Source: the human T2T-CHM13v2.0 reference genome, Homo sapiens
DNA length: 64,000 bases
NCBI RefSeq assembly: GCF_009914755.1
Contig: NC_060932.1
Direction: 5' to 3' (one strand)
Under the pieces are notes generated by a model that did no database searches, was not told where the DNA came from, and saw only the letters and a list, made by a program, of their open reading frames with translations. Below, piece after piece: positions 42,620 through 57,632 of this stretch (positions within the stretch are counted from its first letter, which is position 1; every line of letters begins with the position of its first letter). The position numbers and the translations under genes are program-made.

Positions 42620-43109
42620 AGTGAGGGTTAATTTTATGTGTCAACTTGACTGTGCCAAGACATTTGGCTAAATATTATTCTGGGTGTCCCTGTGAGGGTG
42701 TTTCTGGATGACATTAGCATTTGAATCCGTAGACCCGGTAAAGCGGACAGCCCTCCTTGATGTGGATGGTCCTCACCCAGTAAGTTGAAGGCCTGAATAG
42801 AACAAAACACTTGAGTAGAAAGGACTCCTCCGGCTTGAAGGATTGAGCTGAGACACTGATTTTTTTCCTGCCTTTGAACTCTAACTAAAACATCAGCTCT
42901 TCCTGGATCTAAAGGCTGCTGGCATTTGGACTGGAACTATGCCATCAGCTCTCTTGTTCTCCAGCTTAGATCTTGGAACTCACCAGCCTCCATAATCATA
43001 TGAGCCAATCCTGAGCCAGTTCTTTATAATACATCAACCTCTAGATCGATCAACTCATCAATAGATCATCCTATTGCTTCTGTTTTCCTGGAGAATATTG
43101 ACTAATATA
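42620..43109 (+). mobile_element. MLT2 (ERVL) LTR inserted into an L2
   Basis: ggttaattttatgtgtcaacttgac start and ctgttttcctggagaatattgactaata end; L2-like sequence on both sides. Confidence 0.85.
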
Positions 43110-43274
43110 ATAAGCTTTTACAAAGAACAAAGTGAAGGGAATAACTCCAGATAGAGGAAATAAGCTTTCATAAAGTTTTGGAGGCATGAAGGGAGCCAGC
43201 ATCCATGGTTGGAGAATAGAAGAGACTGAAGAAAGAAAGGGGCTAAATTGGAGGATTTTTAAAAAAGAGTACCT

Positions 43275-43562
43275 GGCCGGGCACAGTGGCTCACGCCTGT
43301 AATCCCAGCACTTTGGGAGGTCGAGGTGTGCGGGTCACCTTAGGTTGAGAGTTCGAGACCAGCCTGACCAACTCTGTCTTTACTAAAAATACAAAATTAG
43401 CTGGGCGTGGTAGCACGTGCCTATAATCCCAGCTACTTGAGAGGCTGAGGCAAGAGAGTCACTTGAACCCAGGAGGCCGAGGTTGCGGTGAGCCAAGATC
43501 GCGCCACTGTACTCCAGCCTGGGCAACAAGAGCAAAAGTCCATCTCCAAAAAAAAAAAAAAA
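43275..43562 (+). mobile_element. AluS with a short internal deletion
   Basis: cctgaccaac joins directly to tctgtctttactaaaa (atggtgaaacc missing); TSD aaaga(g/c)tacc. Confidence 0.92.
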
Positions 43563-43809
43563 GACTACCCATGGAAATTACATAAATCATTTAATGGAAT
43601 TCTACAGCAAACTATTTTATAAAAGAAACAGTGCCCTTTGTAATGCAAATTGACTGTCTGATAAATCGGAATTTTTTGTAGAGATAAAACAATTTTTAAT
43701 TGAATTTACGGGCAGGTGTTTCTTGCATATAAGATGTATAGTAATCCATGCCTCAAATTATGTCACTATTTACTTATATTTTACAATCTGCATAATTTCT
43801 AGAAAGATG

Positions 43810-44530
43810 GTTATGAAGAATTTTTACGACGAAAGTTTTCAAACATATACAAAAGCAAAAATAGTAAAATAAACCCCACTTATCCACCCGCTCTCCAGAT
43901 GCAACAATTACTAACATTTCAACACATGTACGCCATCAATCTTTCTTCTTTCTTCCTTTTTCCTTTATTTTGTAGTATTTTAAAGCAAATCTCACATCAT
44001 TTCAGCCCTCAATATTTTTATACATAATTGCTAAATGCTATTTTTATACATAACTGCAATACCATTATCTCATCCAACAAAATTAACAGTTACTCATTAG
44101 CACCATCTAATTCCCACTCCATATTCAAGTTCCCCTGATTATTGTCACCCTAAAAAAGTTTTTTAAAGTTATTTTTCCCCTAGTCAATTTCCATCCCTTA
44201 GTCCTCACATCGTATTTGGTCATGTACTCTAAATGTTACATAATTTAGAAGGCCCTCTCCCCTTTTTTAAAAAACACACTCATATATTTAAGAAGCCACA
44301 TCAGCTGTCCTTAGTGTATCCCAAATTCTGGGTTTGCCTGCTTGCTTCCCCATGGTAGGTATCACAGAAAGCATTTCTCTATTCCCCTTGCTTCCTGTAA
44401 ACTGGATGCTATATGCCATCTGTGTATCATTGATATAGTGACATGTCTTTTCAAATCTTTTGCCCACTTTTAAAAAGCTGTTTGTTTACTTCTTACTGAG
44501 TCTTAAAAATTATTCATATAAAAACTTTTA
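43810..44530 (-). mobile_element. L1ME-type fragments
   Basis: gaaagttttcaaacatatacaaaag...attttaaagcaaatc...ttcaaatcttttgccca. Confidence 0.7.
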
Positions 44531-45676
44531 TTTTTCTTCTATGGAATATTAAAAAAAAAAAAAGAAGAAAGAACTCAAACATGAGCTTAAAGTTATTTAT
44601 TGCCAGAACAAAAATGTGCACCAGGCAGCTGAGGGTTTGAAATAAAATAAAGCCCTCTTCCAGGAACAAAATGAGCTTCCTGTCAGCTCAGCATTTCTGC
44701 CGTGGCAAAGCCAAGCTGTGGGGAAGGCGCCTGGCTCCCATTGTGTCCGGGTGCCTCTCCCCTGCAGCACAAATTCCACCCTGCAGTGCCTTCAGCCTGG
44801 CTTCATAACTCTCTTCTTTTGAAGAAAAGCCCGAAGATCTTGGAATCACAGCTTTCCTAAATTCTTCATAGGGTCTGATGTGAATGAGCTAATGATGAAT
44901 ATTGTGTCAATACTCGTTATGAATGCTTATGAAATCACAGAACCTCAGGTACATCCACCTGGATAACACTTAATTCCCCTCTCCTTCACCCCTCACCAAC
45001 GTGTGGAACTCCAGCTGCTCTGACGTGGTTTCAGTGGCCCTGTGCTGGCTCCTGGTGACCTCCCTCCTCTAGCAGTCCTTATGAGCATCCTGGGCATGAC
45101 TGCTGTCAAGCTGGCAGTCTTCCATCTGCAAAACTCTCTTTCTTTGTATTACTAAACTTGGATTAGAACTTCTATTACACAAATAAGGCACCTAGTAGAG
45201 GATAGTTTTTTTTTTTTTTCAGTATGCTTCTTCAAAAGCAGACACACATAATTTCTATGGAAAACGAATAGAAATGAAGCCTTCAGCCAAAGGACATCAT
45301 GTTGCCTTTCTTTTGTATGGCATTTTGTGGCTCTGTGCATTAACTTGAAACAGAAATAGCTACCAATAAGCAGAACTTTATTTTATTATTTGTAACAGAA
45401 TCCGGTATATAAGTAAAACTTTCAAAGACAGATATATAAAACACATTTTTCTGATAATATTCCATTAAGGAAAGACCAAAGCTCCCATGTGAAACTTGAC
45501 TCAAGTTTTTCAGTTCATACAAGAAAACATTCATTCTATAGCAACTACAAAACTTTTTTCCTTCACTGTTTAAACCATGCTATCCATTGCACATTATCTT
45601 CTTTGACACTCATAACAAACCCTTCAAGGTAGATGAGATCATTTTTCCACGGTCACAGAGAGAGTAAGCGGTAGCA

Positions 45677-46004
45677 GGCCAGGCACGATGGCTCACGCCT
45701 GTAATCCCAGCACTTTGGGAGGCTGAGGTGGGCAGATCACGAGGTCAGGAGATCGAGACCATCCTGGCTAACACGGTGAAACCCCGTCTCTACTAAAAAT
45801 ACAAAACATTAGCCGGGCGTGGTGGCACTCACATGTGGTCCCAGCTACTCAGGAGGCTGAGGCAGGGGAATGGCGTGAACCCCGGGAGGTGGAGCTTGCA
45901 GTGAGCCGAGATCGAGTCACTGCACTCCAGGCTGGGAGAGAGAGCCAGACTCTGTCTCAAAAAACAAAAAAACAAACAAACAACAACAACAACAAAAAAC
46001 CAAA
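45677..46004 (+). mobile_element. AluY with 20-bp perfect TSD, inserted in a MIR
   Basis: Y diagnostics gagatcgagaccatcctggctaacacgg and ggcgtgaac...gagcttgcag; TSD agagagagtaagcggtagca at 45657-45676 and 46005-46024. Confidence 0.95.
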
Positions 46005-48864
46005 AGAGAGAGTAAGCGGTAGCAGCAAAGCTGATGTCCAAATTTTCTGCCTCTGAATCCCACGCATTTGACACTCTGCCCTGCCGGCTCTCTGTAGGTA
46101 ACACTTCCCTGTTGTTCACACAAACCTATGCCTGGTGCAGCCAGAAAATTCAAAGAATTAACAGTGTTGCCTCAGCCCTACAGAAGTGATCGAGTAATCA
46201 GTGGTAACACGGGTTGTTTCTTCCATAAGTAGGCCTATATATCATGACATATTTCTGATTCTGCTATAAGTTCTGTTTCTTGAAGAAAAGAAATTCCTTT
46301 AAGCCTTTATTTTCCCACTGAAGAATAGTTGACAAAGGGATGAGTTACAATGAAACCACTTAAATGATTCAGAAAACTGAGAATGGCTCACTCTGTGGTA
46401 TCATTTCTTTGAACACAATTGTTGGAGCACAATTGTTTGGATGAATTCTACTCTTGCCCATTATCTGAGCACAACGTGCAGCAGCAAATTGCATTTTGTG
46501 GTAACAATCCATCGACATTGGCTAGAACTCTATTTTCAACTGCCAATAAAGGCGTTGGAGAAGCATTCAAACCTGGAGACAAACGACTGTGCAAGGAAAC
46601 ACAGCGCACCTGCAAATGGGTTTGCGGGCTATGCCTTATCTATCTGTAGTCATTGTGTTCCAATCTGCATCTTCTCCAGAAAACTAAAAATAAGCGTCCC
46701 AAGAGGTGGGAAAAGGTTACCACTATCAAGTTGTGTTTTAATGGCAAGAAGTTAAATTGTACCTGAATTCCAGGAGGATAACAGGAAATCATTCTCTTCA
46801 ATAGGTTAGCTCCTCCAGGTGTGTGGAGATCCATTTAATGGTGTAATGTGTTCTATTAAGAAAATCAGACTGTAGCCCTGCTCAAAAGAAACCTGGGGCC
46901 ACAGGCCCATATTCAAATCCCATGATGGGGAAAGAACTCGTTCCCCTCTTCAGAAAATTTCTGAAGCCAGGGTTATTTTTTAAGAAAGTCTTTATGGTGT
47001 GAACTTGTTTGATTGTATAGTTAGTCAATTAGCAGCAACTTATTGAGGTCTTACTATGTGCTAGGCGCTAGTCTGGATGATAGGGAGAGAAGAGGCAGAT
47101 GGGAAACAAATCATTAGTGTCAGAAAAGAGAAGGATGGTGCTGTGAAAATATGTAATGAATGCCCCACCCTAACCTCGGGAGTAGAAGTTCAGGTGCCAT
47201 GGAAAGTGAAAGCCTGCAGATGAGTAATGGCTGGAATAAAAGTGTAGTCTCCCCATATCTCCTCTACTCTTCTTAGAAATCATTTTTCAGCAACATACTT
47301 TCTACCCAAATGTCTGGAGTGCCCACAGAAGCAATTTTATTAGATGAGAAAGAAGCGTTCCCATTTTGTTTAAAAGTGAATAAACTGCTTGTTATAGCTA
47401 GAACGGTGTGCTGCAATTATTCACACACGTGTCCATCTCCTCCACCAGGTTATGAATTCCTTCAACACCAGGACTGCTCTGCTCATCTTCATATGTATTC
47501 ATTTAGTTGTTTATTCATCAAATGCTTATGAAATGGCACTAGAGTTATAAATAAAAATTACAGGTCTTCGCCCTGAAGAAATTCCTGCTCTCACAGCAGG
47601 GAGCAAAGCCATCACTGTGACGCAGGACATGCAATGAGGGAAATATGCAAGGGGAATGAATGTGGCAACCCCGCCTCAGGGTCTGGGATGGGGTTAGGGA
47701 AGGTCCCTAGAGAAGGTAAAGCCAGTTTTCATGGTGCCTCCCAAACGAACACGTGCAAGTCATTTTTTCCACATAAAATGAAAAAATGCATGACCTTTGG
47801 CCCATTATGTACATGGAGAGCATGTCCTCTCACTGAATCCACTTGGGTACACCAGAAGGATACTCTTCCCCTTCTGGCAGATAGCGAAATTGGTGTCGGG
47901 AGAGACTAAGTGACTCATTCCTGATCCCCCAGCAGGTGTAGGGGACTGTCAGACTCCAACTCCGGTGCTCCTTCCTGTATCTCTCTCCTGACTTTTGTAA
48001 AGCAAGCACACTTCTGGGCTAGAAGCACAATGGAAGGCTAAATACTAGGACCCATAGTAATTCCCCGGGACAAATCCACTTGCCCCAGCCCTAGATAACT
48101 GTGGTGTGGAGACTGAGCCATATACCACAGTCAATGCAGTGGTGCTAAGGACTCCTACTCCTGGAATAATTATAAGGACAAGAACTGGGGGAAGAAAAAA
48201 AGCCACATATCCCTACACAACCCCATTTTGTCTTTCCAAAATCAACTCCTTCCCTCCACGAGTTGCTCTCCCCAGCCACTGCAGCCTCCCCTCCCACTGT
48301 GTCTGCACAATAAGAACCCAAACAAACTTCTCTCTTGGCTGTTGTCATGAACGGCAGAGCCCGTGCTCCACATTGTTTGGGATAGCCGTCCAGAGACATA
48401 ATTACATGATTAAGCACTGTGTCCTCTCCAGGAAATCTAAAGTACCATAATTACTACAACCGGGAGCGGGTGGGGTAAACAATGTGCAATCACTGCTGTT
48501 GACAAGGTTTTAAACTGGAGTCTGAGACTATGTTGGTTCGCATTAAAGGGGGAAGAGGAATACTTCTTGCTCCATCCATGTTCGTTCGAGAAATGCAACA
48601 AACTATAATCAAGAATATAATCAGGAATATAACAAAACACTGATTGCCCTTAATGACCTTATTATTCTTTCATTAAATGTATTATGAAAACTGGGCAATG
48701 TACTTTAGGGGTTTATTGAGTGATGTACATATATAATGTATGATTGACCTTTGCATTTTAATATGACAGTACTGGTAGAAGACTTCTGTCACCATCGGTG
48801 GGTAAAGTGACCTTAATCCACAGATCCAATATGTGCCTTTTGCTATATTACACACGTGTCAAAT

Positions 48865-50035
48865 GACTTGCACTATATATAAAAATTAATCAAAATGGAT
48901 TGCAGACTTAAATGTACATCTTAAACTATACAATTTCTGAAAAAATAAGAGAAAATATTTGTGTTAGACAAATAGTTCTTAGATATGACACAAAAGTTTC
49001 ATCCATAAAAAAAAAAACCGATAGACTGGATCTCATCGAAATTTAGAAGTTCTACTTTTCAAAAAACACTGTTAAGAGAATGCTAAGACAAGCCACAGAC
49101 TCAGATAAAATATTTGCAAATCATTATGTCTGATAAAGGACTTGTTTCCAGAATATATCAGGAGCTGTCAAAATTACAATGAGAAAATAACCCAATAAAA
49201 AGCATACATAAGAGATTTGAACAGACAATTTATGAAAGACATACACATGGCAAGTAAGTTCATGAGAAAATAATATAATTCGGTCGTCAGGAAAATGCAA
49301 GTGAAAAACACAGTAGGATACGGCTACACACCTGTTACAATCACTAGAAGTAAAAAGACTGGCCATACCAACTGCTAATGAGCAAGTGAAGAAACTGGAA
49401 CCCTCGTACACTGCTGATGGGAATATAAAATGGTACAACTACTCCAGAAAACAGTTTGGAAATTTCTTAAAAAGTTAAACATAAACCTACCACAGGTCCT
49501 GGTCATTCCATTTCTAGGTATTAATGTAAGAGAAATGAAATGACACACCCACACAAACACTGGTACATGAATATTGATGGCAGCATTATTTGTAACAGCC
49601 CCAAACTGAAAACAACCTGACTGTTCATCAGCAGGGAAAAGCATGCTTCATCCATACAAGAGAATATCATTCAGCAGGAAAAAGGAGTGAACTGCTGATC
49701 CGAGAACATGGATGCATCTCAAAACAGGTGGAATCAAAGAAGCCAGGCACAAAAAGAAATCTGTGTGATTCCAGAAAAAAATTCTACAAAATGCAAACAC
49801 ACCTGTCATGACAGGAAGCAGATCAGAGGTTGCCTGGGCACCAGGCCTGCGGGGTGAGGAAGGCAGGGGGAGGAATGATGAAGGCATGCGAGGTAACTTT
49901 TTTTGGGGAATGGATCTGCTCATTATCTTGACTGTGGTGAGGGCTTTACAGTGTCTACCTATGTCAAAACGTATACTGTTCACTTTAAAATATGTACTTT
50001 AATATAGATCACTTACAGCCCAATTCAACTGTTTC
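48865..50035 (+). mobile_element. L1MC/L1ME-type 3' portion
   Basis: aattaatcaaaatggattgcagacttaaatgta...agccacagac...gcagatcagaggttgcctggg. Confidence 0.85.
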
Positions 50036-52949
50036 TAAAAGAACTCTGAAAAGTGAAAAGGCCAGGGTTCTGGTCTAGTCCCTGCTATGGGCTAGCTGCC
50101 TGACAATGCTGAGTCATCACCTTTGTTGAGTTTCTATTTCCTACCCTGGGAGAAGAGAAGATTCCAAAGGCCCTTTCAGCTGAAATACTCTAATGAGAGG
50201 CATAGGTCACTATTTCCAGCAGCCACCACACTTTGTGAGCACCCCAGAGCTGAATGCTGCCCAGAAGCCCCTGTGACACACCTGTCCTACCTCAATCTCC
50301 CCCCAGGATCTTCCAAGAGCCAAGATCAGCCTTTGACTCCATGTCTGCTCCAGGCTGGACTGTGTCCTCTGCCTCCCTCTTCTCTCCCCATCACGTGGTA
50401 TATGACCCAGCCCTCCTCCAGCCAGCTGCAGAGCATATTAGCATCTGGTCTAACTTCTGGAATATGGACTGGCCTCTTCCAGGACATAATTTGGTAAAAC
50501 ACCACCTGAAGAGTCAGACAGGATATTGAATCAGCTGCAGGTAAAATGTGAACAAGAGCTCTCAATGCTCTTGCTTCCTGAATTAAAGACAAATACCTCA
50601 GTCTGTTGTGACCTAATCTGAACAGTCACTTAGGACTCACCAAGACCCCAGCTGTACCCCAGCTCCAGTGGCTGCACATACTGAGAGATGGGTTTCAAGC
50701 TTCTCATCGCATAGAGGGCTCTAGGCCAACCTGACCCCCACCCTGCGATTTGGCCCTTGCTTCCATCTCCTCAGCAGGTGGGACTATCTAACTGTTTAAC
50801 TGACTTTCCAGTGCCCTCCACATTGGGCTCTCAAGTTAGTTCCTGGGACTTGATATAAAGGATTGTCTCCCTCGCCCATTCATCAAGACTCAAGGCTTCT
50901 CACTAGTCATCTCACCTTAATGACCACGTGCACCAGAAGGCCATTTGCTCTTTTCCTTCCTCACCTTGGGACCCCCAGCATCTCCCTCATCATGCCCACC
51001 TGCTCACTCCTGCTCTCCAAGCAGCTCAGCCCTGCCCGACAGCCAGCTCCCTGTTGCACCCACCTGGGCTCCACTGGGAGCAGCTTTGCCTGGCAGCACT
51101 GGTTTTAGCCCAGGCAGCCATCGTTCTGATAAACAAGTTGAAATATAGCTGGAAATGTTGCAAAAAGAGAAAATTTTGAAAAAGATTCAATGCTAAACTT
51201 CTGAAAAGACCTAGAATCAAATATATCTTGCAATCATTTAAAACTATGTGCATATAATTTATAATAGTTTCATCCAATGATAAGATTGTTCTGGGCAATC
51301 AAAGAAACGACCTAATAGTATAGGAGGTTAAATGCTACATGCTAATAGCTGGAGTTCTCATAAGCTACTGGAAATGAGGGGAAAACAATGATAGCAGTGA
51401 CTTTATGACACACAGGTAGAGTTTGAGAAGGCAATCTAAAATTCACCTGACTTTCACAAAAAGACTTGCTTCTACAAGAACAGGTCTCTAGTCAAAGCTT
51501 TGGAGTAATCAATCTCATATAAACTTGGAGGGCTCTGCTTCCTCTGCCGAAATAAATCATTAGCTTATTAAAGTAAAATATACTTTTCATGACAAGTAGA
51601 CACACAGATCTGAAGCCTGTGAAAAAAAATATTTTTAAGTAAAGAAAACTGTGGTCACATCATTATTTACTTGAGTGAATAGGAGGAAAGGAGAGGATGA
51701 AAAAGCAAATAACAAAGCTTTTAAAATGACCAAATCTTAGTTTTGTAATGTGTTCTGTATCTATATTTGATTTCTAAAAGCATCAGCTATTCTAGCATTC
51801 ACTTCAAATACAATAACGAAATCACACTGTGAAGATCTCACTCTAAAGATGGGTTGAAAGGCTTTCTGGTTCTCTCCACCTTATTGTCCTACTCAGCTCT
51901 TTCCCTATTCCTGTCCCCAGCAGGCTTCCCTTCAGAAAGACCCAAGGTGTTGAGTCCAGCACGAAGCCTCAAGGGGCCAGCCATGAAGCCAGGGCCAGTT
52001 TCACATCGGTGGCAGTGGGAATAAAAAAGAGAGAAGACTGAAGAAGGATTTCAGTGTTTAAAAACAAAGCCAAAGAATGATTCCCGGTTTTGGTACCACA
52101 AAGGCTCTTAGAAGCTGCCATATAGGGAGATACAGGGTTTTCAGAAAAATGCATATGGCATTAACCTATTGTCTGAACGTGCACACATACCTTCCTGGAA
52201 TGATGTAGTTTTTTTTCCTATCATGGTAGAACTCAAGTCCTTTAATAGAATGAATAGTAGGCACTGAAGCACTCTGAGAACAAGGCTACTGACTGTCTAC
52301 AGGTGATGAAGGATAAATCAAAGATGGCCCTGTGACAGACAGTCTGAGTTACTGGGAGAATGGTGAGGCCAGTAGGGAAGAAATGGGAAAGTCAGCAAGG
52401 CAACTTCGTTTGGGGGTGACAGCAATAAAGATTTTGAGTTTAGCCATTAAACTGAGAAACACCCAACCTAATGCTGGTTTTATAATCAACCACTGAAAAT
52501 ATGATAATTTTTCTAGACACTAGGCCTCGGGCTGGGGTCAGGATAAACTGTCACTGGCAAAGGCCAAGCCGGTACACAAACAAGACAATCAGCACCCATG
52601 TGGGAGGGTGGATGGCCACAGTCAGGTAACAGAACTTGCAGGAAGTCAAGGGACCAGGGCCAGAGTCAGCTACTAAAGTCATCAGAAGCACAAAATGACC
52701 AACACGGCAAAAAATGAGAGGCCAAAACCATAGGTACAACCCAGTAACAAGGTCAATAGAAGCAAGTGAACAAGAAAGGTGTGAGTGCCAACATTCGGGC
52801 ATGCAACAGTCCAACCTGACTTTCTGGGAGAATATTGGGACTAACAGAGCCTGGCTGTGGAGGCCTGCAATTCACCTTCCCAGAACTACTCTGGTCCACC
52901 AGTGCCCAACCCACACAGTTCACAAATAATGGATGCCTGGGGAAAGAAA

Positions 52950-54085
52950 TTTTTCAGAGAATGAAAAGGCAAGCCACAGACTGGGAGGACACATTCTCAA
53001 GTCACATATCTGATAAAGGCCAAAACAATCTTAAATCTCATCAATAAGAAAACAACAACCCAAATAAAAAATGGGCAAAAGATCTGAATAGCCACCTCAC
53101 CAAGAAGATATAAAAATAGCAAATAAGCATAAGAAAACATACTCCACATCATATGTCATTAAAGAATTGCAAATTAAAACAATAAGGAGATACCACTATA
53201 CACCTATCAGAATTGCCAAAATCCAAAACACCAACAACACCAAATGCTGGCAAGGATGTAAAGTAACAGGAACTCCCACTCACTGCTGGTAGCAAAATGG
53301 TACAGTCACTTTGGAAGACAGTTTGACAATTTATGGCAAAGCTAAACATAGGCTAACCACATGATCCAGCAATCACATTCTTAAATATTTGTCCAAATGA
53401 GTTAAAAACTTATGTGCACATAAAACCCTGTACACAAACGTTAATAGCAGCTTTGTTCATAATTGCCAAAAACTGGAAGCAACTGCAATTATTTCAAGAG
53501 CTGAAGAGATAAAATAACCTATGGTACCTCCAAACAGTGGATTATTACTCAGTGATAAAAAGACATAAGCCATCAAGCCCCAGAAAGACATGGAGTACCG
53601 TTAAATACATATTGCTAAGTGAAAAAGACCTATCTAAACATGCTATTTACTGTATGCTTCCACCCATTCTCGAATCACACAGCTGCTTGACATTCTGGAA
53701 AAGGCGGAACTATCAAAGGTAAAAAGCTAGTGATTGCCAGGGGTTTGTGAGGGTGGAGAGATGAACAGGTGGAGCGCAGGGAATCTTTAGGGAGTGAACT
53801 ATTCTGCATGATTCTATAATGGTAGATACACTTATTATACAATTGTCAAACCTACAGAATGTACAACACCAAAAGTGAACCCGAATGTAAACTATGGACT
53901 TTAGTTAATAATAACATATCAGTATTGGCCCATCAGTGATAACAAATGTACTACACTAAGATGTTAATAGCCAAGAAAATGGATGTATGTGTGGCAGGCG
54001 GTAACATCGGAACTCTGTGTACTTCCTGCTTACTTTTTCTGCTTAAACCTAAAATTGCTCTAAAAATTAAAGTCCTTAAAAAAAA
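52950..54085 (+). mobile_element. L1MC 3' portion
   Basis: gagaatgaaaaggcaagccacagactggg...gtgaacccgaatgtaaactatggactttag...aacctaaaattgctctaaaaa. Confidence 0.88.
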
Positions 54086-54087
54086 GG

Positions 54088-54211
54088 TTTTGTAGAAACG
54101 AATGCCTTGCTTTCTTGCCCAGCCTGGTCTCAAACTCCTGGCCTCAAGCAATCCTCCCATCTCAGCCTCCCAAAATGCTGGGATCACAGACATGAGCCAC
54201 CACATCTGGCC
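54088..54211 (-). mobile_element. FLAM_C / single Alu left monomer
   Basis: Only a monomer is present: ctcctggcctcaagcaatcctccc. Confidence 0.85.
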
Positions 54212-56378
54212 TTATAGTCTTTTTTTTTTTTTTTTAAGTAATAGATTATATACCCTTCATGAAGACAGAAACAATTTTATCCTGTTCACCACTGTATCCG
54301 GTCCCTAGCATAGTGACTTTCAAAGATTACGTGATTAATTTTTAAAGCTTTAAAAAAGAATTAACACAAATGTATATACTAAATGTATATTAAAATATTG
54401 AGTAAATAGCAACTTAAAGACATGACAATTCATCCATTTTTACCATAAATAAAAAGGTAATCAATACCATCACAGCAGACTATAGTTTTTTTTTGGGTAC
54501 ACTATTACAGCAACCTAAATATATCTAGCAAGAATTACTTTTGTTTTAGTTTAGTACTATTTGGTTTTTAAATGACAACTCCATCTTGTATTTTATACTT
54601 CATTCTGAAAGCTGAACAACATTTTACAAGTAACTATTTCCATGAAAGTTATTGTTTTTCACTTTGTGCTTAGACTAAAGATTCAGTGTTTAGAAAATTT
54701 ATTTCAGCTATATTTTGAATATCTATCAAATATCCAAATGTTATTTTCCTCTCCCACTGCTCTGAAAGTCATACGATTACAACATTCAGAAGTGACATAA
54801 TTAAAGTCAGGTCTTACAAAGATGAATTAAAGGTAAGTCCTCTTACAAAAGACATTAAGCACACACACACGCACACAATGTAATTTCCTTCCTTTCCTTA
54901 TTAATCTCGTTTGCTTTTTATTCCCCCCCACCAATGCAAACTGCTGTTCATTTCCCTTTCACATCAGGGGCACCTGTGTCTACCTCTGCCCAGGTATGTT
55001 GTCACTGGGTCAACATGATACGTCCTTGGATTTCCTAGCAGGCATTTGTGGTCCCTGGGTAGCCAATTTATGCAATGACTTGTCCATCTGTTGCCCTAAC
55101 TCCAGGCTACGTGACCAGTCCATCTGTGCCTGTCAACTCTGCGTGCTGCCTCGCTTGTGTACGTGTGCCGCTAGAGTCGTGGGGTATTCTGTCCCCCGCT
55201 TCCTCCTCCTCTGTCTCCTCTGTGGAAACTTTGCTCCTTCCCTGTTCCATCCATCTCAGGCTCCTGCAGCTTTCTCACTCCACTTTCATTACTAACCAGG
55301 ATGCCGTGCCCCTGTCACTGGCCAGGCGTGGTGGTATTAAACAGCTCTTGCATACTTGTCATGTGAGATCCCTCATCCAGAAGTGGAGCTTTTTTTATTC
55401 TGCTGCAACTGGACCAAATGGCAAGGAGAGCCTCCTGCATCAATGGCTCGCCCACACACAGCCGCTCATTTCTTCCCTTTCTTTGCCACTTCTTCTGACA
55501 GATCATATCATTATTGTGCATCAATTTTGTCTTGCAGTGTTTATGTCCCGTCCAACCGAAATGACTTGGTTGTTTTCTCTTTCCCGGAACTGCTCCCTCT
55601 GATGCATTCTCAGTGACGCAGGTCCAGGCCTCTTCTCTGGAGCGTCTGTGTTGAGGTCCTCAGAGGGCCTGTGCCAAATCAGGACTGTGAACAGCAGAAC
55701 ACCCACCAGGGAGAGCCTACAGAAGGGGTGAGGCGGGCAGAGCCCGAGTCAGGAACACCAGCGAGCTGGGTGGCACCGACTGCCATGGAAGAAGCCGAGA
55801 GGAGCAGCAGCCCCAGCCTACAAAAGCAAAGCCAGGTGCAGGGAAGCTGAGGTCCGGGAGAGGGTGGAAAGCACCCTGAATCTCTCCCCCACACGCCTGG
55901 ACTGCTTTCCCTTGTTTCCCCAGGAAACCCTAGTCCTGGGTTTCCCAGGACGGTCTACCTTCCTGGAGGGGAATATCAACATATTATTTTCTGAGCTTTC
56001 CCAAATGTCCAGAAAAATGTTTTGCACCTAGTAAGTACTCAGAAGAAATGGGAATGGGGAAAGGGAGGGAAAGTGACTTAGGAATCCCACCCCCAGCCAC
56101 AGGAGCAGGGAGAGAGGAGGAGACAACTCCAGATGGGAGAATGTCACGGGTCCCTACACACCTGCTTCACCAGGAAGTATGTCCTTTACCACCTGACTCT
56201 AATTATGAGCAGTGTTCCTTTCACCAACCTGTGAATTAACTCTTCTTGTAACTGCATTCTGTTTTATAGGCTCGATATTTACAGAACACTCCAGAAATGA
56301 CAAAATTGCATTTATTTAGCCTCTGGGGCACTCCAGAAACTTAATTTTGTCACCTTGCTACAGCCCAAAAGATGCTAG

Positions 56379-56825
<447 letters not shown>

Positions 56826-57371
56826 TAGATAACTGACAGCCCTCTGCTGAACAATCTGAGGGAAAGCCTGGTTTTGCCAAGACCTCTGCTCTTTAAACCA
56901 TCAGGGAAGAGTTGCCACGTGGGAGAAGGGAGCTATAGTTCAGAACTTAGGAGAGACTTTGGACTTTTCTCATGATATTCTCCAACTCCTCATATAATCA
57001 GGAAGCACCGTGCAGGGCTTACAAGAGTCCCAGAGTCTTCCAAGACTTTCCAGTGGGATCCTCAGACACGGCCTTATTTAACGCATGAGGGGATGTGACA
57101 ACTCGGCATTGATCAGGAGCCTATTGAGAGCAAGGCCTGCTCCAGGTGTCACAAGAATAGGGAGATGAAAAGACATAGTCCCTACCCTCAAGGAAAATCT
57201 CACCTAGTAGGACAGGAGCCTTTACATAATAACAGGTCCTGCTTTCCAATTAGCCAGTGAGTCTTAGCTGGGTGTTTTGTCTTTCTCACTTTGGAAGGGT
57301 GTTGTATGTCTCACTGACAATGGAGTTCTTTTCATTGTAGTGACTTGTACTTTCTTGTTCTCTTTGAGAGA

Positions 57372-57632
57372 GACACAGCATAGGAGTTCAAAACAACGAC
57401 TCTAGACATAGACTGTCCCTGCGTCCATTCTGGCTCTGCCGCTTACTAATTATGGGGGTTTACACAAGTCAGATAATCTGCCTATGCCTGGATTTGTTCA
57501 TTTTAAAAACAGGGACACTAGCCTACCCCCTCCCTATCCCCCAGCTGTTATGAAAATAGAAGAAGTGGTCACATGTAAAGAATTTAGAATTATGCCATGC
57601 ACTTGGAAACGACTAAAACCTATTAGCTATTA
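57372..57632 (+). mobile_element. MIR
   Basis: acagcatagg...ggctctgccgcttactaa...catgtaaagaatttagaa...attagctattatt. Confidence 0.75.

Noticed and set aside
55075-55602. Longest ORF (175 aa), also the ORFs at 5257-5715 and 62917-63315
   Set aside because: No recognisable domain or exon context; such lengths occur by chance in GC-richer intronic DNA.
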